NCBI GenBank assembly: GCA_005191425.1
Contig: SUPR01000016.1
Span: 12,195 to 44,194, forward strand
Direction: 5' to 3'
Origin: Candidatus Helarchaeota ASGARD archaeon Hel_GB_B
Lineage (GTDB): Archaea; Asgardarchaeota; Lokiarchaeia; Helarchaeales; HEL-GB-B
Length of the DNA stretch: 32,000 bases
Both the position numbers and the translations under genes were made by a program. Of the stretch, positions 9,530 to 19,571 are shown piece by piece. The first letter of the stretch is position 1; each line of letters starts with the position of its first letter. Under the pieces are notes generated by a model that had not been told where the DNA came from, searched no databases, and saw nothing but the letters and a program-made list of their open reading frames with translations.

Positions 9530-10372
9530 ATGTATTTAGAAGTTGAAGATAATGTTAAAGTATATTACGAGGATAATGGTCCTCGTGATGGATTTCCATT
9601 AGTCTTAATTCATGGGTGGGGGGTTAGTTCTGCTTTATGGAGTGAACAAGTCGCTTTTTTAACAGATCATGGATACAGGACTATCGCAATGGACTCTCGA
9701 GGTCATGGAAAATCCGATTATCATAAATATTCAAAAGATACAGATTTATTAAAAACAATAATTAATGACCTTCAAATATTATTATCTCATTTAGAAATCA
9801 ATAAACCATTTGGAATTATTGGTCATTCTGCTGGAGGTGGAATTGGTATATCAATATATTTGTCAAACCCAGATAATGTCGCTTTTTTATGTATTTTAAA
9901 TTCATCTTACATCTTATATGAACGAATTGATGAACGAATCATTTGGTCTTTAGTACCAAACCTAATTAATTTGGGATATAATCCAATTTTAAGAGGTCCA
10001 TATAGATACTTAATAAGAAAATTAATCCATATTATTGCTGTCATTTTAAATAGACCAATAGAAAAAGTGAAAATTTGGGTAGAAGACATCCTTAATATTA
10101 ATAAAGATGTCCTTATTAGAGAATTGTACCATCTGAAAAAATATAACCTAAAAGAAGATTTGAAAAAAATAAATATCCCTTGCCTAATTATTGCAGGTGA
10201 ATATGATTGGTTAACTCCACCACTTAGGTCTAAAATTTTACATAAATATATTAATAATTCAGAATTACATATAATTAAAGGAACAGGACATTTGTCTAAA
10301 ATTGAAAAATCTGGTATAGTTAATAATTTAATTTTGGATTTTATAAAAAGAGTAGAAAATAATGAATTCTAA
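9530..10372 (+). CDS. Alpha/beta hydrolase (Abhydrolase_1)
   Basis: LIHGWG, DSRGHGKS, GHSAGG, GEYDWLTP and GTGHL catalytic triad motifs. Confidence 0.92.
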   Translation: MYLEVEDNVKVYYEDNGPRDGFPLVLIHGWGVSSALWSEQVAFLTDHGYRTIAMDSRGHGKSDYHKYSKDTDLLKTIINDLQILLSHLEINKPFGIIGHSAGGGIGISIYLSNPDNVAFLCILNSSYILYERIDERIIWSLVPNLINLGYNPILRGPYRYLIRKLIHIIAVILNRPIEKVKIWVEDILNINKDVLIRELYHLKKYNLKEDLKKINIPCLIIAGEYDWLTPPLRSKILHKYINNSELHIIKGTGHLSKIEKSGIVNNLILDFIKRVENNEF

Positions 10373-10854
10373 TTGTCTTCTTTTTTAATTTGATCTGGTG
10401 TATAAATTAAAACTCTATACCGGCTTCTAAATCCCATATTTTTAAAATAGGGCAACATTTTTATAAATTCCTCCTCTAAATCGAGTTTAATAACTTCCGC
10501 ACCCATTTTCTCAAGATGTTCTATTGCATTTTCCACTAAAAAATGTCCAACACCCTTGTTTCTATATTGATTGTTTACCACAATAGCCGTAATACGCGCT
10601 TCACCTTCACCGACTGGATTTACTAAGATTTCTGCAATCAATAATCCTACTATAAAACTTTTACCAACTTCTGTTATATTTTCAGCAACTAATATCCCTT
10701 CTCGTTGTAATCGGTCTTTTAATCTTTTTTTGATACCCCATTCAAATCTTTTTTCGTTAAATGATATTCCATAATAATCATATAACTGCAGCATCAACTC
10801 TCTTATTGCCCTAATATCTGCAATAGAAGCCGTCCTAACTTTTATTTCAGACAT
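10369..10854 (-). CDS. GNAT family N-acetyltransferase
   Basis: IVVNNQYRNKGVGHFLV acetyl-CoA-binding motif A and YFKNMGF. Start moved to ATG 10854 (MSEIKVR) rather than TTG 10923. Confidence 0.88.
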   Translation of the reverse strand: MSEIKVRTASIADIRAIRELMLQLYDYYGISFNEKRFEWGIKKRLKDRLQREGILVAENITEVGKSFIVGLLIAEILVNPVGEGEARITAIVVNNQYRNKGVGHFLVENAIEHLEKMGAEVIKLDLEEEFIKMLPYFKNMGFRSRYRVLIYTPDQIKKEDN

Positions 10855-11039
10855 TGTTGATTTCCTATTATAATCAAATAAAAATATGATTACTAACATA
10901 AAAATTGAAAATCTAATATACAAAAGAAATTGAATTTAATATTTTATATTTAAACAAATGTAATTAAATACAATTTTTTTATAAATTATATTCCTATATA
11001 TTTCAATATATAAGAACTGATTGGAAAATGGATTATAAA

Positions 11040-11459
11040 TTAAAAAATTCTAAATTTCAATCCATCAAAATGAGTATCATAGCTAAAAATATAAATTAAA
11101 TTTAAACGATTCATTATACTTAATATAGTGCAGTCAGTAAAGCTCAATTGTTTATTTTTATAATTTAAAAAAAAGTTCCAAGCGTTTTTAAAGTCATCAA
11201 TAGTAGTGAAAATTAGTTTAATTTTTTTTGATTTTAAAATATAGTTTCCAATATCTATCGAGATTTTCATATTTTTAGTTCTTCTCAATGCTAGAGTGAT
11301 TGCTTCATCAAAAACATAATCTGATGTGTAGATGGCCCCATAATCATTTTTTAAAATAGAATACATAACCTTTTTTGCATTCTCAAAATGGGTATCATCT
11401 TCATTTCTTAAAGCAACAAATCCACTTGTATCAATAAAAACTCCCAGGTTATTCACCAT
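11040..11459 (-). CDS. vapC: VapC-like PIN-domain toxin
   Basis: VFIDTSGFVAL, TSDYVFDEAIT, LSFTDCTIL and IFSYDTHF conserved acidic residues. Overlaps the upstream small gene. Confidence 0.92.
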   Translation of the reverse strand: MVNNLGVFIDTSGFVALRNEDDTHFENAKKVMYSILKNDYGAIYTSDYVFDEAITLALRRTKNMKISIDIGNYILKSKKIKLIFTTIDDFKNAWNFFLNYKNKQLSFTDCTILSIMNRLNLIYIFSYDTHFDGLKFRIF

Positions 11460-11724
11460 ATACATATTTGTCAATTTCAATAGAAGCGTCCTTAATACCC
11501 CATTTTAAGGGTTTTTCCAACATTTTCCATGCATAATCATCTTCAAAAGATTCAGAATCTTCTAATGAGCCAAAAATATTATCAACAAATTTTAATGAAA
11601 ATTTTAATAATTTATCAAGAATCTCTTGTTGAGTTAGTTTCCTATTTTGTTTAATAAGAATTTTTGCTTCTAATTTTTCAATTTCTCTTTTCATTTCATC
11701 GTTTATTTTTATGGATTTAGTCAT
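11449..11724 (-). CDS. vapB: Putative VapB-type antitoxin (N-terminal ribbon-helix-helix-like, acidic C-terminus)
   Basis: Small ORF (MTKSIKINDEMKREIE...) immediately upstream of, and overlapping, the PIN gene. Ends IEIDKYVYGE, an archaeal VapB-like tail. Confidence 0.75.
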   Translation of the reverse strand: MTKSIKINDEMKREIEKLEAKILIKQNRKLTQQEILDKLLKFSLKFVDNIFGSLEDSESFEDDYAWKMLEKPLKWGIKDASIEIDKYVYGE

Positions 11725-11807
11725 TTTTATACACTTCAAATACAATTTTTATAATATAAATTATAATGAATACTTTTATACTTTTCTACTAGTATTATTT
11801 ATTGTAA

Positions 11808-12116
11808 TTATTATTAGGTTATGAAATATATCCAGATAACACTACAGGATCTGATGTTTTTATTAGTGAAAGTGGCGATGGTTCTGTAATAGTTTCTGGG
11901 CCTATTAGGACTATAATTAATAAAAGAATTTTCAATACAATTGAGAGTTCATATTTTCCTCTTTATATAATTGGACATTAGATTAAATATCATTATATAG
12001 CTAGTAAAGATATGATTATTGTAAAAGAATTAAATACTTTTGGACATTATAATATTATGAACTATTTAAAAAATTCAATAACCTTATTTTTAGCAATATC
12101 TTTAAATGCTCTATGA
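11808..12116 (+). pseudogene. Possible decayed gene fragment
   Basis: Frame reads LLLGYEIYPDNTTGSDVFISESGDGSVIVSGPIRTIINKRIFNTIESSYFPLYIIGH*IKYHY... with one TAG at 11979 and no start codon. Confidence 0.3.
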
Positions 12117-12556
12117 TTTTCATATAAAATTTTAGCATCTTTAGCCGCTTCATCAATTATTTATTTTGGATTCATCCATCTATATTCGCAATAAAGTTGT
12201 AAAGGAGTTAAGCATTGACTTATATATTTTTGCACTTATCCCAATTAAATATCTCTCTATCTCAATTATCCATTTTCCATTAAATTTAAATTTTTTTTCT
12301 TTTTTTGTAGAAATTTTTTTGATTTATAATAAAAAATATATATTGTCATATTTGTAAAATTTCGCACTATAATACTACAATTTATTGTTAATTTAAAATG
12401 TTCGATTTTATGAATTTCTTCAGAAGGATATGTTAGGAAAAACTCATATCAAGTTAAAATTGCAAAGAAATTGTGGGAATATTCATCCAATTCTGACAGG
12501 GGATGGTAAAAATATTATATAATATATTGGTAGCGAATGCCAATTTCAATATGCAT
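12055..12556 (-). pseudogene. Possible decayed gene with stops and two apparent frameshifts
   Basis: Segments MHIEIGIRYQYII*YFYHPLSELDEYSHNFF..., KKFKFNGKWIIEIERYLIGISAKIYKSML... and IIDEAAKDAKILYENHRAFKDIAKNKVIEFLNSS*. One shift falls in a poly-A tract near 12293-12306. Confidence 0.35.
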
Positions 12557-12855
12557 TTAATTTCTAGATAAAAATATTAGAACTTTAATTAAAATATCAA
12601 AAACCAAGATTAAAAATAAGATAAGTAAAAAAGTGAATTTAATAAGATTAAGTCATTAAATCAATAATTAGTCAAAATATTATTTGTTAAAAAGATTTTT
12701 ATATTATTACAGAGAGATTAACTTACGATCAAAAATTATATTTAATCAACACTGTTAATTATTATTAAATATTAATACAAATAGTAAATTTATATCAAAT
12801 ATTTAATATATCATCCTATTCAATAGTCTGAAATAATTTAAATATGGGATAATTT

Positions 12856-14010
12856 ATGAAGAAAAAGTCAAAATTAATTAAATTATTTTTAAGTATGCTA
12901 TTAATCACATCTACGTTTTATCCGTATGTACAAATATTACCAATAAGTTACGCTGATGAAGTTGTACCACCAACATATCAATGGATAAAAGAATCAAATC
13001 CATGGTATGAATTAACTGAAGAACAAAGATTGGAAATAGTACCGCATCATCCAGATATTTATATAATAGAAAGCGCAAAGTTGGTAATATATTACCCTAC
13101 TCAAAATATCGATGTTGAATTTTTATGTCGAAAAATAGTAAATATACCATCTTGGGAGCCATCTGAGAGTAATAACTATTATATTCAACAAGATTTAGCA
13201 TTATCGATCTCATATTATGATAAAGGCGGGTCGCAATTGTGGTCTGGAATCTATATTGGAGGTGGACAATTTCGAGGCTACCACTGGGGTGACGAAGATA
13301 TTCAACAACAGCAACATTCAAATAGTTATACGGATGTTTATTTTATAAATAGTGGACGGACATTATGTTGGAATATGACTAGCACTTATTGGAATACTGC
13401 AGAAGATTTTATACAAAAGCCAGTAGCCATTAATTATACTGTAGACTATGTCGTTAAAATTGATAATTATAAAAATGATACTTTATTCTTTGAAATCGAT
13501 ACTACAATTCATTTTAATAAAACACATTCAGTAGATAGATTGATAAATTTAACTATGAGTTATGGGTGCGATCTATTTGATATATTAAAGTTTCAGATGG
13601 TCTATCCAGAGAACATGACAACGGGGGCTTTTTCAGGCTGGTATAAAATAGGGGATTATGATGTAATGACAATACTAACAGCAGAACAAGGAAGATTTAT
13701 TTATGATAATGGGACAGATATCTGGAAAAATTTGTCAAGAGGTATGATCATTGAGGAAACACCTCCAGAGCTAAATCCAGACATTAAACCATATGGGATA
13801 ATATATAATATATATATGAATAACTTGCCAGTAAATGATACTAAAGGGAATATTTCAACAATATATTATGACCCACTTGTGATCGGGTTCTATGAGGCTA
13901 GGGTTAATTTTATCCTGGAAATTTGTATTATTCCGATAGGTGTGGGGATCATGGTCTATTTTATAAGTTATAAGAAAAAACAAGCAATAAAATCTGTCAA
14001 GGAGGAATAA
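12856..14010 (+). CDS. Secreted, C-terminally anchored surface glycoprotein of unknown family
   Basis: Basic/hydrophobic N-terminal signal-like segment (MKKKSKLIKLFLSMLLI...SYA), 10 N-x-S/T sequons, C-terminal TM followed by KKK. Confidence 0.75.
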   Translation: MKKKSKLIKLFLSMLLITSTFYPYVQILPISYADEVVPPTYQWIKESNPWYELTEEQRLEIVPHHPDIYIIESAKLVIYYPTQNIDVEFLCRKIVNIPSWEPSESNNYYIQQDLALSISYYDKGGSQLWSGIYIGGGQFRGYHWGDEDIQQQQHSNSYTDVYFINSGRTLCWNMTSTYWNTAEDFIQKPVAINYTVDYVVKIDNYKNDTLFFEIDTTIHFNKTHSVDRLINLTMSYGCDLFDILKFQMVYPENMTTGAFSGWYKIGDYDVMTILTAEQGRFIYDNGTDIWKNLSRGMIIEETPPELNPDIKPYGIIYNIYMNNLPVNDTKGNISTIYYDPLVIGFYEARVNFILEICIIPIGVGIMVYFISYKKKQAIKSVKEE

Positions 14011-14013
14011 ATA

Positions 14014-14850
14014 TTGGAAAACTCAACAAAAGCGGATTTAAATCTTGAAACTTCTAAATATGAGGTTTCAAATATACCTGGTAAATTTTCAATTTATACA
14101 TTGAGCGGATTAGGCATAACTATTCTTGGAGTAATTTTTGGTATGTTCTATTACGAAGATCTTGGGTTCACAATAAGTATTATTGGACTTTTATTGATAT
14201 TATTTAATTTTTATTTTATAAACTCAGTTAAAAAGCCTAAAACAATTAATCAAATACCAAGTAAATATCTTGTTGCATTTCTTGGCGCCGTATTACTCGT
14301 AAATTATTTGATTTATAACTTATATTATGGACTTATTTTACTCGCTTTCGGGACCTCTTTAATGCTTAGATCCATTAATATCACTTTAAGAAAACTCGAA
14401 TTGAAAAATGACGTGCCAACAAGATATATACTTCTTATCCCAATAATAATAACTGGTACTATCTCTTTTTTATGCATATTTATGTTCCCAATAGCTTATC
14501 TCCTTGACCCGCAAGCTAATATCATCGAACTAAACTGGATGATCGGTAAAATTTTTGGTTTAATACTTAATATAATGATCTACTCTTGCTGGTTCTTCCC
14601 AATATTAACTTGCATAAATGTTTCCTTAAATGCAGATAAAATCACAAAAGTGAGAAATAAGTTTATCACTTCCGGAATTAAAATAATGATACCATCAATT
14701 ATTTTGGTCGTATTTTATTTCATAAACCAAATTGTTACATTTATATTAAATCCCTACATCCAATTAGGCGGATATCTAATGTTTATATCTGGGTCTATTC
14801 TGATTATTTCAGGGCTTGTCTATTATTTTCTTAATAAAAATAAAAATTAA
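14014..14850 (+). CDS. Hypothetical multi-pass membrane protein (about 8 TM)
   Basis: Starts 3 nt after the previous stop (TTG start). Alternating hydrophobic segments. No family recognised. Confidence 0.7.
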   Translation: MENSTKADLNLETSKYEVSNIPGKFSIYTLSGLGITILGVIFGMFYYEDLGFTISIIGLLLILFNFYFINSVKKPKTINQIPSKYLVAFLGAVLLVNYLIYNLYYGLILLAFGTSLMLRSINITLRKLELKNDVPTRYILLIPIIITGTISFLCIFMFPIAYLLDPQANIIELNWMIGKIFGLILNIMIYSCWFFPILTCINVSLNADKITKVRNKFITSGIKIMIPSIILVVFYFINQIVTFILNPYIQLGGYLMFISGSILIISGLVYYFLNKNKN

Positions 14851-15414
14851 ACAATTTACGTATCTCATTAAAAAATCAACAAATTCTTTTAATTTACACT
14901 TATTTTTTATTTTATCTTTTAAATTTGAAATTTGTTTGAAATAAAATAAAATCAATTGTAGTTGTTTATTATTGCATTCTTCTGGATAAAAATTATTAAT
15001 AGTTATTGCTTAATTTGGTTTTTTCTTCAATACATTAATATATAATTTGCGTAAAAATCGCTACCGTTATTTGTTGTTTTGGTAGATACAATATTAGTAG
15101 CCAAATTTATTGCTTTTTAATTCTATCATGTGATATTTCGATGAATTCTAAATAGTCATTAACAAATTTATTAATTTTTAAGATAAGTATTCAAAACTTT
15201 TATTAAATTTGATATTGAAATATTGAACTTCTGTTGAATATGATAAATTAACAAATTAATTAAAGATAATTATAACAATAACGGAATTTGTAAAAGCGCA
15301 TTTAATTTTTAAATAGAGTTTTTAAAGTATTGCACATTATAATAAAAAATGCAACACATAAATTAAAAAAAATAACACAATAAAATTAATCGAATTAGTG
15401 GACAGGTAAAGAGA

Positions 15415-16374
15415 TTGAAAACTAGATGTAAAGGTTTAAAATCTACGTGTGGAAAAGAAGCTACAGTCTATTTAGGTTATATTAGAAGAGGCTTTTGTGA
15501 TGAACATTTTATAATTTACGAAATAAAAAGAATGTCGCGCACCATTAAGAGATATAATATGATTAAAGCCACTAAGGACACAATTTTTGTAGCTTTAAGT
15601 GGAGGAAAAGATAGTTCTGCGTTATTAGATATGCTTATTTCTTATTATAATCAAATTGAAGAAAAATATAGACCCAAAATTGAAGGTATTCACATCAATC
15701 TTGGAATTGATATCAATTCTTTTTCTGACAAATCTCAAAATATAGTAAAAAAACTGTGCAAACGATTAAATGTCCCTCTTCACATAATTGACCTTAAAAA
15801 AATATATGGACATAATCTTCTTGAAATTAAGAAGAGTAATCAATTAAGATCGAAAAAGATATGTTCAATTTGTGGTACAATAAAAAGATATTTATTAAAT
15901 AAATATTCCATGGAATTAGGGGCGACAAAAATTGCAACTGGACATTTATTAGATGATGAAGTAGCTCTTTTAATGAAAAATTTAATTTTCGGGTCAATTG
16001 AATCATTAACACGTATGTCTGCAAATTTAGAAACAATTAAAGAATACAATTTATTAGCAAAAATTAAACCTTTATATGAAATTTCTGAATATGAGACTTT
16101 AAATTACGTTCAAATTAAAAATTTACCATATATATCAGAAAAGTGCCCGTTTACAAACCAAAAATCCAAGAAAATGAAAAATGTTATGCTTGATTTAGAA
16201 AAAGAATACCCTAATGCACGATATTCATTATTAAGAAATTTCAATAAATACTACCGTACAATTTTTAAAACTCAAAATAATTTAAATACTAAACCAATTT
16301 CTAAATGTAAGAAATGTGGGCAGCCCACTACGATGAAAATATGTTCGTTTTGTAGAATAATGGAAAAACTATAA
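15415..16374 (+). CDS. ttuA: tRNA 2-thiolation protein, TtuA/NcsA/Ncs6 (TIGR00269-like)
   Basis: N-terminal C..C..C..H zinc finger, SGGKDS PP-loop, CSICG, TGHLLDD, KPL, CPF, and C-terminal CKKC...CSFC zinc finger. Confidence 0.9.
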   Translation: MKTRCKGLKSTCGKEATVYLGYIRRGFCDEHFIIYEIKRMSRTIKRYNMIKATKDTIFVALSGGKDSSALLDMLISYYNQIEEKYRPKIEGIHINLGIDINSFSDKSQNIVKKLCKRLNVPLHIIDLKKIYGHNLLEIKKSNQLRSKKICSICGTIKRYLLNKYSMELGATKIATGHLLDDEVALLMKNLIFGSIESLTRMSANLETIKEYNLLAKIKPLYEISEYETLNYVQIKNLPYISEKCPFTNQKSKKMKNVMLDLEKEYPNARYSLLRNFNKYYRTIFKTQNNLNTKPISKCKKCGQPTTMKICSFCRIMEKL

Positions 16375-16415
16375 TCTATAAGTTTATAAACTATATACAT
16401 CAATAAATAAATAGT

Positions 16416-16865
16416 ATGACTATATTTAGAGTACTTACTTCTTTTCAAAAGAATTCAAAATTAAAATATAATGAAATATGGAATAAATGGAGTAAATGGC
16501 ATAAGATATTTAAGAACTTAATTAATTTATTTATAATATCAATTTTATCCTTAATTTTCTTACCGTTTATTTGGAATAGTATAGAAATCCCAAGCGATTA
16601 TTTCAACATGTTTATTATAATTTTTTGGATAATTTTAGGGGCAATGATTATGTCATTAACATTAATAATCGCTTTAGTCATCTATCGTAGAAAATATAAC
16701 CAGTTTTTGACTGATCAATTAGAACAAGATTTATTTAATGGTACAAAAGAAGGTTTGCAAGAGGCTCATTCTTCTATTAATGATCCAGTTTTTTGTATTA
16801 ACTGCAGAGCAAAAATAACAAATAATTTGAAATATTGTCCTAAATGTGGTAAAAAACAGGAATAA
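16416..16865 (+). CDS. Two-TM membrane protein with C-terminal zinc ribbon
   Basis: Two hydrophobic helices, then CINC...CPKCG. Confidence 0.8.
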   Translation: MTIFRVLTSFQKNSKLKYNEIWNKWSKWHKIFKNLINLFIISILSLIFLPFIWNSIEIPSDYFNMFIIIFWIILGAMIMSLTLIIALVIYRRKYNQFLTDQLEQDLFNGTKEGLQEAHSSINDPVFCINCRAKITNNLKYCPKCGKKQE

Positions 16866-17158
16866 AAAATAAAGTTAAAATTAATTAATAAACTCAAACT
16901 CTTATTTTTAGCCTAAAAACTTTTAAATACTATAAAGGCTTTTCAAATTCTTTACCTAATTACCATAATGAAATGGATACAATTGAAAAAATTACTTAAT
17001 TATTTAAATCAGACATATTGCGATAATTTTAACTTCATTTATGTTTTAAAATTTTAATTTATTCTATTTCAAATCCAAATTTTTGAGGATATTTTATTAA
17101 AAAATTTTAAATATCTAATTAAATAAGTTCTTTTAATTTCCTAGTATTAGTGGTATTA

Positions 17159-18349
17159 ATGAGTAAACAATTAAAGGAAATTTATGCGAAGATACTGCAA
17201 TTAACGGAGTGGATGCGTAATAATAGACTAAAAGGTTTTATATTTCTCTTTGTTCTTGGTCTAATAATGCGAGTACTTGTATTATGGTACTATTTTTCAG
17301 TAGCGTGGATGGACTGGAATGATATGAACGAAAAAATTTGGTTAGGACTAAATTATTTACTAAATGGAATAAATCCATATGGGCAAGAATATAGAATGGA
17401 AGTATTATGGCTAGTAGAGCCACATCCAAATGTAGAACCTTGGTTTCAATATCCACCGTTAGCGCTTCTCATACATTTACCTGTAGTGCTTTGGCCTGGG
17501 CCTTATACTGTTGGTATAATTGATTTTATGCCTGGTTTTTTTATTATACACTTTGTTATGGACTTTTATATTTTTTACAGATTATATAAGGCGGGATATA
17601 TTTGGAGCGGAGGCGCAATCTGGTTTATAGCTGGCGCTCTATTTGTAGCGCTTGATTTTGTAACCTTTATATCTGTCCCTATATTCTTTTTGATCTTAGC
17701 TTATTTAAATATGGACAATTCTTTTAAATCAGCGTTATATATTAGCTTAGGTATTGCGACTTATACTTATTTAGTAATTCCAGGTTTATTTTTATTTATT
17801 TATCATTTTAAAAAAAGTAAATGGAATGGATTTAAGAAGTTTTTACTTGGACTAATACCCACAATTATATGTATTCTCCCGTTTCTTATTTGGAATCCGT
17901 CCATTTTTATCCATGATATAATATTTTCGCAATCTGCTCGAAATACTGCAGGGAATTTCCTATATCCTAAGTATGGAGCTGGTTGGTGGTGGCTACATCT
18001 TTATTCAATAACTCCTTATATCAATTCATTGTACAATTTAATTGTAGACCCATCTCGGCCCTTATATATCAACAATTTAACAACAGTTTTGACAGGGCTT
18101 GCGCTTCTTTTTACTTTATACTATCTATATAAATTTTATAAAAAACCATATAGAGGAAAACTATTATATTGGTCATTTTTAACTTTATTAACAATTACTA
18201 TCGTTTCTGCAGCTGGCTTTTTTTATTATCTATTACTCCCTATTATGATTTTGATATTTCTTATTGATTTAAGAAAGGAAATCAACGTTGAGGGATATAC
18301 AGAAAAATTTCTCACTCCTTATGAAAGAAATAAAAGTAAATTAAACTAG
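17159..18349 (+). CDS. GT-C fold polytopic glycosyltransferase (GT87/DUF2029-like)
   Basis: Acidic first loop (WMDWNDMNE), GINPYG, FQYPPLALL, then many TMs including LPFLIWNPSIF. ATG 17159 preferred over GTG 17150. Confidence 0.68.
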   Translation: MSKQLKEIYAKILQLTEWMRNNRLKGFIFLFVLGLIMRVLVLWYYFSVAWMDWNDMNEKIWLGLNYLLNGINPYGQEYRMEVLWLVEPHPNVEPWFQYPPLALLIHLPVVLWPGPYTVGIIDFMPGFFIIHFVMDFYIFYRLYKAGYIWSGGAIWFIAGALFVALDFVTFISVPIFFLILAYLNMDNSFKSALYISLGIATYTYLVIPGLFLFIYHFKKSKWNGFKKFLLGLIPTIICILPFLIWNPSIFIHDIIFSQSARNTAGNFLYPKYGAGWWWLHLYSITPYINSLYNLIVDPSRPLYINNLTTVLTGLALLFTLYYLYKFYKKPYRGKLLYWSFLTLLTITIVSAAGFFYYLLLPIMILIFLIDLRKEINVEGYTEKFLTPYERNKSKLN

Positions 18350-18811
18350 AACTAATTATATTTAAATTTTTTAGTTTTTTTTCCAATAAATTACATATAG
18401 ATATTTTTATTATTGAAAAAAGATCAACTTTAATGATAAAAATTATATATTTTTAACGAGATTTATTTTTATAATTAAGAAATAAAATAAATATAAAATA
18501 GAAAAATCCAAATTAACTTTTACATAAAAATATCCGTTTTTTTTAATGATTATAGGAAAATTTACAAAAAATTTAACGCAATTCCTAAATATTCAAATAT
18601 CTTAATAATTAAGATCGACAAAATATTAATAATTAAATTTAAATCGGTCAAAATTGTAAGCCATATATTTCTATAGTTTTATAAAAAAATTTGTTTAAAT
18701 TATAAAATGTAAAAATAAGTCATAACTTATTAAATTGAGCAAAAAATATTGTATAAAATATAAAAAAAATTAAAAAATTAATAAAAAATAAATTCTAAAA
18801 AGGTAAATAAT

Positions 18812-19189
18812 ATGCCAAGAAGAAAAAGAAGGTCGAGGTCAAAGTCACATGAATTTAGCAGTTGGGTGCGTGTTTTATCGATACTTGGTGGTATATTCGC
18901 AATTATAATGGGAATAGTGATGATCCTTTTGTTGTTTCCAATCCCGTTTTCAATATTACCTTCAGTATTAGGTAGCATTATTATTGCCATTCTTTGCGGG
19001 ATCGTAAATATTGTTTTGGGAGTAATTTTGCTAATTGCATACGGCGTAATAGAATCTACAAAAAAGTTTTCGGTAAATTGGCTAATTTTAATCGTGGTTG
19101 GAATTGTAATGTTAATTTTTGGAGGTATTCAAGGAATATTAGTTTTAATTGCAGGTATTCTCGATTTAGTTGGAGTAATTAAAGACTAA
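18812..19189 (+). CDS. Small hypothetical membrane protein with Arg-rich N-terminus
   Basis: MPRRKRRSRSK followed by 3-4 Gly-rich TM helices. Confidence 0.75.
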   Translation: MPRRKRRSRSKSHEFSSWVRVLSILGGIFAIIMGIVMILLLFPIPFSILPSVLGSIIIAILCGIVNIVLGVILLIAYGVIESTKKFSVNWLILIVVGIVMLIFGGIQGILVLIAGILDLVGVIKD

Positions 19190-19211
19190 AATAAGTAAAA
19201 CAAATTCAAAG

Positions 19212-19481
19212 GTGATTTATTTGAAATGGACACGTGAAATTCTTGAAAAAGTTGCTAAAAAAAAGGGTTGGCGTCTCAACCCTGATGATGAGTATGTTGA
19301 AAGTATTTTAGAAGGGCTAAATAATAACAAAGAAAAATATGGTTTTTTTTACTGCCCCTGTCGAGTGGTAGAGGGTGATAGAGAAAAAGACAAAGGTAAA
19401 ATATGCCCATGTATATGGTCAGCCGAAGAAATCGAACGCGATGGACATTGCCATTGCCAATTATACTTCAAAAAAGAATAA
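19212..19481 (+). CDS. ftrB: Ferredoxin:thioredoxin reductase catalytic subunit
   Basis: YCPCR...ICPC...HCHC, the complete CPC/CPC/CHC signature. The true start may be TTG 19221, with GGTGA upstream. Confidence 0.92.
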   Translation: MIYLKWTREILEKVAKKKGWRLNPDDEYVESILEGLNNNKEKYGFFYCPCRVVEGDREKDKGKICPCIWSAEEIERDGHCHCQLYFKKE

Positions 19482-19571
19482 CATAAATATTTTTTTTATA
19501 AATGATTATTATTTCTATTTTTTTCAGATAAGCAATATTTTTTAATAATTATTTTTAAAATTAAAGTGAAA

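Noticed and set aside
11979-11981. In-frame TAG suggesting pyrrolysine or stop recoding
   Set aside because: TAG ends intact genes here (GNAT at 10369, GT-C at 18349), no pyl genes are present, and interruptions elsewhere are TAA/TGA as expected for decay.
16880-17110. Possible decayed minus-strand frame (IKYPQKFGFEIE*IKILKHK...)
   Set aside because: Too many stops and no assignable family.
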